In this document: piece after piece, positions 49,161 to 61,802 of the stretch
How positions within the stretch are numbered: the first letter of the stretch is position 1
How the letters are laid out: the number at the start of each line of letters is the position of its first letter
Source: Macrostomum lignano
Taxonomy: Eukaryota
Direction of reading: 5' to 3'
Length of the DNA: 64,000 nt
NCBI GenBank assembly: GCA_002269645.1
Contig: NIVC01000301.1
Coordinates: 62,001-126,000, forward strand
Position numbers and translations under genes: made by a program
The notes under the pieces: generated by a model
Told to the model about the DNA's origin: nothing
Seen by the model: only the letters and a program-made list of their open reading frames with translations
Databases searched by the model: none

Positions 49161-52100
49161 CAGTAGGAATACCAAGCCATTTTTCCGCCCGTCGAACTAC
49201 CAAGAGGGGGGGAAAAATTTCCCCCCCCCTGACAATTTTTTTTGCTGCGCCGGAACGGAGCAACGCAGGCACACGAAATTCAAGAACACGGGCTAACTTT
49301 TTGTTGCGCACCTTCTCAAACAAGAATCAAGTCGCCAGCCCTTCGGACCGTCGAGATATTCGACGATTCTGCCAGAAGGTCGGATTTTTCCCATAAGCGC
49401 TAGTGTATTCAGTACACCCCTGTGCGCCAAATAGCACTGCGCCTCAGTGCAGCCTTGCCAAGTCTCCAAATTTCATCAGCACGTCGACCAAATGTGTCTG
49501 CATCAGTTCTGACTTCGTTGGTTACTGGCCTTCCCCGAGACGGAGCTTCTAGACCTTCAACAGGTGGCACCAGGTGACTATGAACACCTTGATGCGAGTT
49601 TCTCTAGTTTCACCGATCAAGCCTCGACAGTAGGCAAGCCTCAACTGCCAGACACCCTCAGCTAGTCTCCTGAGCATTCCTTCATCATCCCGACACCGTC
49701 GGCACCTTCAACAGGTGGCATCAGGTGACTATGGACGTCCTGTTGCAAATATGTCAGGTCTTTCTTATCAAGCTTCAATAATGGGCAAACCTCAACCGAC
49801 GGACATTGTCAGCTAGTCTCTCAAGCATTCCGTCATCATCCCGACACCGTCGGCTCCTTCAACAGATGACACCAAGTGACTATGGACACCCTGATGCGAA
49901 TTTCTCTAGTTTCGCCGATCAAGCCTCGACAGTGGGCAAAAATCAACTGCTGGACATTCTCAGCTAGTCTCTCAAGCCTTCCGTCATCATCCCGACACCG
50001 TCGGCACCTTCAACAGGTGGCATCAGGTGACTATGGACGTCCTTTTGCAACTATGTCAGGTCTTTCTTATCAAGCTTCAATAATGGGCAAACCTCAACCA
50101 ACGGACATTGTCAGCTAGTCTCTCAAGCATTCCGTCATCACCCCGATGACGTCGGCACATTCAACAAATGACACCAGATGACCATGGACAACCTGATGCT
50201 GATTTCTCTAGTTTCGCCGATCAAGCCTCGACAGTGGGCAAAAATCAACTGCTGGACATTCTCAGCTAGTCTCTCAAGCCTTCCGTTATCATCCCGACGC
50301 CGTCGGCTCCTTCAACAGATTACACCAGGTGACTATGGACAGCCTGTTGCAAATATGTCAGGTTTTTCTTATCAAGCTTCAATAATGAGCAAACCTCAAC
50401 TGCTGGACATCCTCAGCTAGTCAGTCAAGCATTCAGCCATCACCCCGACGCCGTCGGCACCTTCAACAGGTGGCACCAGGGGAGTAAGGACACCTGAGCG
50501 TGATTTTTCATCATGCTCTTAACATTTCTGAAGCTCTCAAAATTTTCAAAGCACGGACATTGCTATAGTTAAGCTTGAACTCATGTTGCTGTATATTTAT
50601 ATTATTATTACACATACTTTTATGCATACGAGCTACATAAATATTTTATTCGAAAAGCTGTTTAGTTTATTCAACTATAATATTGAACCCAATTTTTATG
50701 CAGAAAGGGTTATGCTTCTAAGAAGCTGTGAAGTCTGGGTTTGCGTGCCGAAAAGGTGGCCTCTGTATGGCTCTGTTTACTCAATATATTTATTAGTCAA
50801 TATTGTGGGGTGGGGTGCAGCGATGCGCGATTGGTCGAGAATTGGTAAACAAGTTTAGGCGAGAGAATGAGTCATGAATAATAATGTGGGGCAGAGAGTG
50901 CAGCGCACGGACTACGCCCTACAGAAGCCAGTAAATTCAATCCGTTTTTCATTTTTTAATGATTCAGAAATGTTAAGAGCATGATGAAAAATCACGCTCA
51001 GGTGTCCTTACTCCCCTGGTGCCACCTGTTGAAGGTGCCGACGGCGTCGGGGTGATGGCTGAATGCTTGACTGACTAGCTGAGGATGTCCAGCAGTTGAG
51101 GTTTGCTCATTATTGAAGCTTGATAAGAAAAACCTGACATATTTGCAACAGGCTGTCCATAGTCACCTGGTGTAATCTGTTGAAGGAGCCGACGGCGTCG
51201 GGATGATGACGGAAGGCTTGAGAGACTAGCTGAGAATGTCCAGCAGTTGATTTTTGCCCACTGTCGAGGCTTGATCGGCGAAACTAGAGAAATCAGCATC
51301 AGGTTGTCCATAGTCATCTGGTGTCATTTGTTGAATGTGCCGACGTCATCGGGGTGATGACGGAATGCTTGAGAGACTAGCTGACAATGTCCGTTGGTTG
51401 AGGTTTGCCCATTATTGAAGCTTGATAAGAAAGACCTGACATAGTTGCAAAAGGACGTCCATAGTCACCTGATGCCACCTGTTGAAGGTGCCGACGGTGT
51501 CGGGATGATGACGGAAGGCTTGAGAGACTAGCTGAGAATGTCCAGCAGTTGATTTTTGCCCACTGTCGAGGCTTGATCGGCGAAACTAGAGAAATTCGCA
51601 TCAGGGTGTCCATAGTCACTTGGTGTCATCTGTTGAAGGAGCCGACGGTGTCGGGATGATGACGGAATGCTTGAGAGACTAGCTGACAATGTCCGTCGGT
51701 TGAGGTTTGCCCATTATTGAAGCTTGATAAGAAAGACCTGACATATTTGCAACAGGACGTCCATAGTCACCTGATGCCACCTGTTGAAGGTGCCGACGGT
51801 GTCGGGATGATGAAGGAATGCTCAGGAGACTAGCTGAGGGTGTCTGGCAGTTGAGGCTTGCCTACTGTCGAGGCTTGATCGGTGAAACTAGAGAAACTCG
51901 CATCAAGGTGTTCATAGTCACCTGGTGCCACCTGTTGAAGGTCTAGAAGCTCCGTCTCGGGAAGGCCAGTAACCAACGAAGTCAGAACTGATGCAGACAC
52001 ATTTGGTCGACGTGCTGATGAAATTTGGAGACTTGGCAAGGCTGCACTGAGGCGCAGTGCTATTTGGCGCACAGGGGTGTACTGAATACACTAGCGCTTA

Positions 52101-52305
52101 TGGGAAAAATCCGACCTTCTGGCAGAATCGTCGAATATCTCGACGGTCCGAAGGGCTGGCGACTTGATTCTTGTTTGAGAAGGTGCGCAACAAAAAGTTA
52201 GCCCGTGTTCTTGAATTTCGTGTGCCTGCGTTGCTCCGTTCCGGCGCAGCAAAAAAAATTGTCAGGGGGGGGGAAATTTTTCCCCCCCTCTTGGTAGTTC
52301 TACTG
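49161..52305. mobile_element. 3.1-kb non-autonomous foldback DNA transposon with ~1.34-kb inverted arms and TTAA TSD
   Basis: TTAA|CAGTAG at 49157-49166 and CTACTG|TTAA at 52300-52309; arms 49194-50532 and 50963-52302 almost identical; 430-bp AT-rich spacer; each arm holds about 6 copies of a 151-bp repeat (302-bp A/B dimer). Confidence 0.92.
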
Positions 52306-52833
52306 TTAATCAGGGTAGGCAAAGTCAAAGAAGTCAGCCGCCCTCTAGTAAACCGGAATGGCTGCTAAAATACCGCATTCAGCAATGCTCGCAGTGCCTG
52401 ATCGCTTCTAACATTATTTAGTATCTTTCTTCGCTCAATCATGCGCGCAATGCCTACTCGCATAAATAGCTTTTATTCAGTAGTATGCTTTGCAAACTAT
52501 CAGGTATTTTTTATCGTTGAATTTTCAAATTTAATTTCGACGCCTATCAAATTTATTCGCTAGTCTGATTTTAATTTTCTCAATATTGATTTCAAATTCG
52601 CGCCAAATTAGGATTAAAACATTATTTAATTACATTCAGTAAATTTTGATGCTGATGTAATGTCCTGTTGGAGCGTTCTTCCAAATATACTTGCAGTTGA
52701 ATTCCATCTGGTTCTACTCTGTTTTATGCATTTATTTACGAATAACTGACTCGCGGATCAGCTTAGCAGCCGATGAAACCGGATTAAACAAATCCTTTGC
52801 TATGCGCCCCGCCATTACAGCCCAGCAAATCTC

Positions 52834-55800
52834 ATGCCGTCACTGTCGCCGCTCCTGCTGCCGCTTGCTGCCCTGCTGCTGCTGCTGGCATCCACCGGGC
52901 CTCGGGCCGCCCACTCCGCGCCCGCAGCTGCCGGCGCCGCCCTCTACCAGGCCTCGGATCACGTGACTCCGCTGAAATTCGATGACCTCCGGGCCGTCGT
53001 CTATTCTGGCGAGCGGCGGCGGCACTGGCTGCTGCAGCTGTACCACCGGTACTGCGGCCACTGCATCAACTTCGCGCCCACCTTCAAGCAGTTCGCCAGC
53101 GATGTTAAAGGTTTGTAATGGGTGCACACCTCATTCACTCTGCACACCTCATTCACTCTGCACACCTCATTCACTCTGCACACCTCATTCACTCTGCACA
53201 CCTCATTCACTCTGCACACCTCATTCACTCCGCACACCTCATTCACTCTGCACACCTCATTCACTCTGCACACCTCATTCACTCTGCACACCTCATTCAC
53301 TCTGCACACCTCATTCACTCTGCACACCTCATTCACTCTGCACACCTCATTCACTCTGCACACTTCATTCACTCTGCACACCTCATTCACTCTGCACACC
53401 TCATTCACTCTGCACACCTCATTCACTCTGCACACCTCATTCACTCTGCACACCTCATTCACTCTGCACACCTCATTCACTCTGCACACCTCATTCACTC
53501 TGCACACCTCATTCACTCTGCACACTTCATTCACTCTGCACACCTCATTCACTCTGCACACTTCATTCACTCTGCACACTTCATTCACTCTGCACACCTC
53601 ATTCACTCTGCACACTTCATTCACTCTACACACTTCATTCACTCTACACAAACATTCACTCTGCACACTTCATTCACTCTACACACTTCATTCACTCTAC
53701 ACAAACATTCACTCTACACAAACATTCACTCTGCACACCTCATTCACTCTGCACAAACATTCACTCTGCACACCTCATTCACTCTGCACAAACATCCACT
53801 CTGCACACCCCATCCACTCTGCAATCCCCATCCACTCTGCACTCCCCATCCACTCTGCAATCCCCATCCACTCTGCACTCCCCATCCACTCTGCAATCCC
53901 CATCCACTCTGCAATCCCCATCCACTCTGCACTCCCCATCCACTCTGCACTCCCCATCCACTCTGCAATCCCCATCCACTCTGCACTCCCCATCCACTCT
54001 GCACTCCCCATCCACTCTGCAATCCCCATCCACTCTGCACTCTCCATCCACTCTGCAATCCCCATCCACTCTGCACACCCCATCCACTCTGCACTCCCCA
54101 TCCACTCTGCACTCCCCATCCACTCTGCACTCCCCATCCACTCTGCAATCCCCATCCACTCTGCACACCCCATCCACTCTGCAATCCCCATCCACTCTGC
54201 ACTCTCCATCCACTCTGCAATCCCCATCCACTCTGCACACCCCATCCACTCTGCACTCCCCATCCACTCTGCACTCCCCATCCACTCTGCACTCCCCATC
54301 CACTCTGCAATCCCCATCCACTCTGCACTCCCCATCCACTCTGCACTCCCCATCCACTCTGCACACCCACCCGCATTCCCCCGCTTTCACTCTCCTGTTT
54401 ATCCGCTCTGTTCCTCCGCCGCCCCAGGCTGGTCGCACACGGTGGGCCTGGCCGTGATCGACTCGGCCGATTTCGCCCAGGTCATGACGCACTACGGCCT
54501 GAACGGGGTGCCCAGCCTGCTGTTCATTCCCAGCAACACCAGCTGGGAGCAAAAGTACTTCTCTTTGCTGAATTCCGAGGCCAACTTGATGGATCAGCTG
54601 TTGAATCAGCTGCAGCCGTTTGTGCCTCAGCTGGTGCCTCTGCAGTCGGGGTGAGTTATTAAACCTTCATACTTGTCTTTGTTGCATCCTTAACTCACTT
54701 AGTTAAGAATATTTTGATTGGAAACCGTTGTTAAGAGTCTTTGTTGAATGTTTTCTTTGTTACTGACTTTGTCGCTTGTATCCTCATGGACTCCATTTTT
54801 GCGTCCTTTTGGGTTGGAAACCCTCATTTGGTCTTTGTTGCATCATCTAAAACCCTAATTTGGTCTTTGTTGCATCATCTAAAACCCTAATTTGGTCTTT
54901 GTTGCATCATCTAAAACCCTCATTTGGTCTTTGTTGCATCATCTAAAACCCTAATTTGGTCTTTGTTGCATCATCTAAGACCCTCATTTGGTCTTTGTTG
55001 CATCATCTAAAACCCTCATTTGGTCTTTGTTACACCATCTAAAACCCACATTTGGTCTTTTTTGCATCATCTAAAACCCTAATTTGGTCTTTGTCTTTGT
55101 GTCACCATCTAAACCCACATCTGGTCTTTGTTGCGTCGTATAAAACCCTACAGAAACTGCTGTCTGTGTTGCTTGAATTTTTTACCCCTTCTTTCTATTG
55201 CCACGTCAAGTCTTTGTCCTTACAGACCTAATTACTGACGCCTGGATTCCCCCTTTTCCGCTCTCCCAGTGAGGCGGCCAACAGCCCGGCGCTCCTAGAA
55301 GAAGCCAGTCCGGGCCGCCTCTCCCGCCGGCTCATTCTGGACAGCCTGCCCAGCTTGAGTCTTCGCTGGCGGCTCAACGCCGGCCTGAGCGGCGGCGCGG
55401 TCCGCGTCAGCCGGGTCCCCGCAGCCGGCGGCGGCGGCGCGGCCGCGCTGGGCGAATCCGCCAGCATCGATGAGCTTCGCCGCCTCTTGGCGCCGCTGCG
55501 ACCGCCATCTGCCGTGGCGCCCCCGGCCGCTGCCCCAAGCGTGATGGCGAAGGTCGCCAGGACGTCAGACTCTCCATCTTCTAATGGCGAGCTCCGTCCG
55601 CCGACGCTGGACGACCTCCGGTCGGGCATCATCCGCGCGCTCGTCTCGGACGCGGCCGCCGTCAGCCTGGACAAACCCGGCGTCTGGCCGGCTGTGCGCG
55701 ACTTTGTCCGCCTGCTGAACTCGCACCTGTCCGCCAGGTCGCTTGAGCTCGGCCGCCTGCTCCGGCCGCTGGCCGCCTGGCTGCCTGAGGAGCCGCCGAG

Positions 55801-56512
55801 CCACGACCGCTGGCTACGCGCCCTGGCCGACGCCGGCTTCCCGACGCGCCCGCCCGACGCCTGGGTCTCCTGCCGCGGCTCCAAGCCCTTCCTGCGTGGC
55901 TACCCGTGCAGCCTTTGGCAGCTGTTCCACACCCTCACAGCCGTGCGCTTCGCCACCGCCGGCGCCTCCGGCCCGCCTGTGATGCCCGTCATGCGCCGCT
56001 TCATCATCGCCTGCTTCTCCTGCCGCTACTGCTCCGAGAACTTCGACAAAGGCACCGCCGGCATGGAGGCGGAGATCGGCGCCCAGCCGGCGCCAGGCGT
56101 CGAGCTGCTGTACCTGTGGCGGAAGCACAACACCGTCAATAAACGGCTGAGCGGCGAGTCCTCGGACGACCCCGCCTATCCGAAGGCCCGGTTCCCGTCC
56201 GCCGCGCTGTGCTCCGAATGCGCCGAGGGTGCCGCCTCCGCGGACGCGAACGCCGCCGCATTCCTGCTTCGCTGGTACGGGCCGGGCGCCGGCTGGGCCA
56301 GCCATCCGGAAGGCGGCAGCGACTTTGTCAAGCCGGCCATCAGCACCGTCGACATAATGGGCTTCTCCCGGCTCGACTTGGTCATTGTGGCGCTGTGCTT
56401 TGCCTGCGTGCTCAGCGTCCTGCTGGCCGTCTGGTGTCGCCTCAGTCGCAGCGGCCGCCGGCTGTGCAGGCGAGGCCTGTCGCCGTTCCGGCGCTCGCCC
56501 AGCCCCGTCTGA
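52834..56512 (+). CDS. QSOX1: Quiescin sulfhydryl oxidase, 3 exons
   Basis: Exons 52834-53110, 54428-54650 and 55270-56512, phase-consistent. Signal peptide, Trx CGHC, Erv domain CRGSKPFLRGYPCSLWQLFH, CRYC, LWRKHNTVNKRL, FPSAALCSEC, C-terminal TM. Confidence 0.92.
53120..54365. repeat. Intronic 18-bp minisatellite, CACACCTCATTCACTCTG grading into CACTCCCCATCCACTCTG
   Basis: Direct inspection; switch near 53800. Confidence 0.95.
54825..55140. repeat. Intronic 32-bp minisatellite (TTGGTCTTTGTTGCATCATCTAAAACCCTAAT)
   Basis: Period 32. Confidence 0.9.
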
Positions 56513-56689
56513 GCGAGGCCGAAAGTCACACCGTCTCCGATAGGTTTTGGGACTCTGTGGTAGCCGAAAAATTGATGTTATTACATGTCTTTCTGCGCTT
56601 ATGAAGGGTGGCTTGCGATTTCTACTTAAGCTAGTTTACAAGTATTTATGACTTCCGGTTGTCATCCGTTGCTTGGATTCGTACGCTTG

Positions 56690-57500
56690 GATTTAGTTGA
56701 TAAAGGAGGACGTCCTGTTTCCATCCCAGGTTGATAAATTACGCTCGTAGGACTTTCGGTTGCTATCCCAGTTGATAAAGGAGGACTTCCGGTTGCTATC
56801 CCAGTTGATAAATTAGGACTTCCGGTTGCCATCCCAGTTGATAAAGGATGACTTCCGGTTGCTATCCCAGTTGATAAATTAGGACTTCCGGTTGTTATCC
56901 CAGTTGATAAAGGAGGACTTCCGGTTGCCATCCCAGTTGGTAAAGGATGACTTCCGGTTGCCATCCCAGTTGGTAAAGGATGACTTCCGGTTGCTATCCC
57001 AGTTGATAAATTAGGACTTCCGGTTGTTATCCCAGTTAATAAATGGTGACTTCCGGTTGCCATCCCAGTTGATAAAGGATGACTTCCGGTTGCCATCCCA
57101 GTTGGTAAAGGATGACTTCCGGTTGCCATCCCAGTTGGTAAAGGATGACTTCCGGTTGCTATCCCAGTTGATAAATTAGGACTTCCGGTTATTATCCCAG
57201 TTAATAAATGGTGACTTCCGGTTGCCATCCCAGTTGATAAAGGATGACTTCCGGTTGCCATCCCAGTTGGTAAAGGATGACTTCCGGTTGCCATCCCAGT
57301 TGGTAAAGGATGACTTCCGGTTGCCATCCCAGTTGATAAAGGATGACTTCCGGTTGCCATCCCAGTTGGTAAAGGATGACTTCCGGTTGCCATCCCAGTT
57401 GGTAAAGGATGACTTCCGGTTGCCATCCCAGTTGGTAAAGGATGACTTCCGGTTGCCATCCCAGTTGATAAAGTATGACTTCCGGTTGCCATCCCAGTTG
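56690..57500. repeat. 33-bp minisatellite (ACTTCCGGTTGCCATCCCAGTTGATAAAGGATG)
   Basis: Direct inspection. Confidence 0.95.
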
Positions 57501-58470
57501 ATCCGCTCACTCATAAAGTAAGCTATGCGTTAGTTTTTTATCAATACAGAGTAATGAGAAGCTGAGTGATCTCTTAATTTTTTCTTTTAAATAGTTTTTT
57601 CATAGTATTTCAAATGGCTTTTGAGGTGACAGGAAATTAAAGAAAGCCATGAACTTGTGGGCTTTTTTTATTAATTTGTTGTGCTCCGATGTTCTCTGGT
57701 CTGTCTCGGTTTTGTTGTGATGAGGCGAACCAATATTGAAAATTTTACTACGAGCTCGTAGTCACTGAAAGCAGACAAAGATCACAGGCACAGTAATGTA
57801 GCTTGGCTTGATGCTTTTCCTTTGCGCTGTTTAAATTCGTGCGTTGCTATTCTTGCAAATCAGTTGAAGATTCTCACTGAGACTAAACTCAATGTATTCG
57901 AATGGCTATACGAGTCTACCGAATAACTCCGCGGTGAGTTCATTAATTGTTCAAATTTTGTTGTTTGTTGCTTATGCAGAGGTGGAATTGTCCGTGATAT
58001 TGCATTTTCTATGATTAATGTGTGCTTCTACTTGTCTTCACTGTGGTAACTGTTGTCGCGTTTTCAGCTGGACTAATTGTTGTGCGAGTTCCAACCCTCT
58101 ATCTGATACTTATGCTAATTGCACTTTTAAAAAGAGAATGTCACAAGCTTGCCAGAGATTTAAGACAAATGCATCAGATTTGAAATTTATCAATTGAAAA
58201 GTGTCTTAACTTCCTTCTTTTATCCTTTCGACCTCCTATTGGCATAAAATCGGAGTAAAAATGCATTACACCTTGTGCTTTTCTTAGCCTCAGCGCTGCC
58301 AATTAGGTACGAATTAAATTCAGTTTAAATGTAGGGAAGCAAAACAGAGAGGCCTTCTAGTATACATGTACTGTTGTACTTGACGCTGCAGCAGCTGAGT
58401 CGCAGGTTCTTACAAGAGACATCATTGACAATTTCTACTCAGTTAACTAGGCCTACTTAGTCGGTTCACA

Positions 58471-59790
58471 TACCCCCCCCCCCCGAGGTCGCTTTCCTTT
58501 TACTGGCTGTGGGGTATGGACTTTGGGGTTACGGCACAGCAGTCTGTCAACCTCATCCCCCATTCGCTTTTCTGCGGCCTATGGAGTACAACTCGTACCA
58601 AGGTGCACCCACCGCGTCCGTTGATGCTGCTGGAACGCCAACCAAGGTTGGTACCGCGGCTCAACCGGACATCCGACACACCGGAACTTTCATTGCCTCT
58701 CACTCTAGTAACCCTGCCGCCACTCAGGGTAATACCGAAGTGGCTAGACAACAGGGTAGAGTGTAATAAATAGGCAATTAGATAATAGCATGCACGGTAA
58801 GCAATTATTGAGGCCCTAGACAAACCTACTTGGAGCGTTCGGAGATTTTAAAGCTATTAATCCTAATCGCCTATCGCCGGTCGGCGAGTCCTACCAGTCT
58901 TTCTCCAATAGCCGCAGGTACAGTACAGGAAAATAAAGAACACGAGGGAACACAAACCGAAGATTTAGAGAGTGATAATCCTATATGATACAAACTGATA
59001 ATTGGCTAGACGATTTAATTTGATTACTCAAGTTACAGGATTCAAGCAAATTCGCGACGCAGATAATTAGACTGATGATAACGAATAGTAACGATTAATA
59101 ATAATGATTATATTACGCACTGACAAGCGGATCTCAGCTTGAAGAAGAAGAAGGAGAAGGAGAACCGAACACGACCACGGAGAAAGACTCCTAACCCCTG
59201 GCCTAAGCCAGAACCTACTCTCAAACGAGAGCCCTGCCGAATCGACCGTTCAACGGAGTACCGACTAAATTCTATCGGCACTGCCCTTCAGTGTAACACT
59301 GAGGCCCTCGGGGTCGAGGCCGCGTACTTGATCAGATCCGACAGTCTCTATCTAACCGCGCTTGATAGCGACGACTTCAGACAGGAATTTGCCGTAGACG
59401 TTACGCCACAAGACTACTGCGGTTGGGCGGGAACAAAGATACGGACCGGGGTGATGAATTCAGGCGCCTCAAAGCGCGAACCAACAAGAGGAGAAAAATC
59501 GGGCCACCGGCCGGGAAGCTGGACAAGACAAAACCGGGGAAAGGGAGAGAGAAGGCGAGATCCGATTGCCAAATACACTTTCATTTATAGTCAGAGTCAC
59601 AACCCCTCAAAACCCCCCTCAAGCCGGGTGGTGGTCGTCTGGCCGGCCGCTTGCTTAAGCCGAATTGCACTGTGCCCGCGGCGCCGGGTAGAATTGAAAC
59701 TTGCCGCGTGCCAGGGTCCAGGCCGGTTCTGATTGGCTGGCCGCGCCAAGCTGGGGTTCGCAGAAAAACTCAACCCTCCGCTGAGTCACA
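58471..59790 (-). mobile_element. Possible LTR-retroelement remnant
   Basis: On the - strand: TGTGAC start at 59790, CCAAT box, CTATAAAT near 59585, and a G12 polypurine-like tract at 58473-58484 followed by TATGT. No paired LTR or TSD confirmed. Confidence 0.3.
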
Positions 59791-59863
59791 AATGGCGTCT
59801 AACTTCTAACCTGTTTACGCAAAATTGATTCCAACTAACAAGGAAAAAGTACACCAAAAACGT

Positions 59864-61802
59864 ATGACTAAACTAAAGCAAAATAACAATTCAATAACAA
59901 TATAGAAACTAATGCAGTCAATTTACAACAAAATACACGCAAAGATGCTCACACTACAAGAGGGTCCCACATCTCTAAGAAGAGAGTCCGTAGCATCGCC
60001 CGCTTCCAGGAATTCCGCCGGCGCAAAGCGGAAGAACAGAGGAGAGCGGAAGCCGCCTCTTCTGCCGCCTCTGAGGAGGCTGCCGGCAACTCTGCGAATC
60101 CCGCGGAGAAGCCGTCATCCCACAAAGTAGCGGACTCCGTGCGTCGGCCGGAAGCTTCGGATGGCACCAAAGCTTTTGGTGCGGCTGGCTCCTCCCGCGG
60201 CAGGACTCCTGCTCGTGAGGAAACTCCCACGGCTGCAGACGGATCCAACGCGGGGGGCGCTGGCCAAACCACGCGTCCGAAGCGCACCTATGCGGATATG
60301 GCCAAAAGGCAGCCGACCCTGATTATTCAAGGCCAGGAAACGTCCCTTTCAGCCGAACAGCTCGACCAAATCTGGCGCAGGTTGGATTCCCACCTGGTCA
60401 AGATGGCTCTGAGCGGCACTGTGCTTAAAGTCCTGAAGACGAGCGTTGAGGACCAGACACTCCGCATCCAACCCGCCGATAGCCAGTCTGGGCAGCAGCT
60501 CCTTGAGCTCCTGAAAGCCTTCAACTGGGATGCGGAGTTGGGTAAACTGTTCATATACAGGGAGGACGAGCGACCCCGGACACACCGGCACCGTGCCTGG
60601 ATTCCGGCTCGCAGTTCCATCACCAACGCCGACGAGCTGCGCCGCCTTCTGTTGGCAACCAATCCGAAACTGCCGGCAAATGGCGTCGTAGTTCATGAGA
60701 CCATCGCCAAGCCGGGTGAAGATGGTTTCACGGCAATCCTTGGACTGTCTGATAGCTGGATGCTCCGCTACCCGGACATGTCTCATATTTCTGCCGGGCT
60801 GACACGGATCCAAATCTTCAGCTTTGAATCCGACGCCACCCGTCCACCGTCCCCGGTGAAGCGTAAGCGGGCGAGCGGGAGCTCTGCCGGGCCGAACCGC
60901 CCAGGAAAAAGAGCTCCTGTGGGTCACGACCCCTCCTACTCGTAGGACGTGGACCCCGTCAGGCACAAAACCGCGAAAGCTGAAGCAACAGGCGGACATG
61001 GGTAGGGCTAGAAACCCACCCGAAACACTATCCGCTATGATTTGCCTCTACGCGCGAAACAGCTGCTGGACACCGCCAAGGTTCGCAACCGCAGCAACCC
61101 CCAGTCCAGTGTCACCTCTTCGGCTCCCTCGGAAAACCGGGTCGAGAATGCGGATGCTGCCCCGGTGGCGGCCCCGCCCTTGACCATGCAAAACCATCCG
61201 GGAGGAGCCCATTGAACTGGAGCCATCAGCGAGGTGGGATGCAGCTCTCCTGCTCCACAACTCGCCTTGAGCCAGCAGAAAGCTGCGCGGTCTATCTGTG
61301 GAATTCCGGCAATGGCCATTCTGCAGCTTAACCTGCACCACTGCATCGTAGCATCGACCCACCTGGCACAGGTGGTGGACTTCGTAAAATTGGGCATTGT
61401 CCTTATTCAATAGCCTTGTACAAAGGTAAGATTCGGAATATCCCTGCTGGTTTTGACTGTTTTCAGTCAATTCGTGTCTAACCTTAAAGCTTGGTACAAA
61501 CCGGAACTCTCTGACAGCGACCTCTGTGTCATTCAATCCAATCACATTATCACCAACCGCACGGTCATCATCGCCTCGATTTATATCCCTGCCGTTCCGC
61601 CTAACCTCGCCTTCCTCGTGGCCTACTGATCTAACCGCAAGTTTGAGCTGCTGGTGGCGGGCGAAATTAACGCCCACCGCATACACTGGGGCAGTAATAC
61701 CTCCAACGGCAGAGGCAAGGAACTCCTTGCTTATATCTGCACCACCAATAATGAGTTTTGCAATATCGGTGGAACTCCTACCTTCGACAACGGCCGTTGG
61801 AT
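59864..61802 (+). mobile_element. 5' part of a LOA/R1-like non-LTR element: ORF1 plus decayed AP-endonuclease
   Basis: ORF1 (RTYADMAKR...LSAEQLDQIW...RAWIP...LL..NPKL; resembles DUF4780 ORF1 proteins). Then MAILQLNLHHC...LIQ*P, IASIYIP, GEINAH..HWGS..SNGRG, NIGGTPTF; breaks off at about 61802. Confidence 0.8.

Noticed and set aside
57747-57762. 16-bp perfect palindrome ACTACGAGCTCGTAGT as a Helitron 3' hairpin
   Set aside because: No CTRR terminus at the expected distance and no other Helitron evidence.
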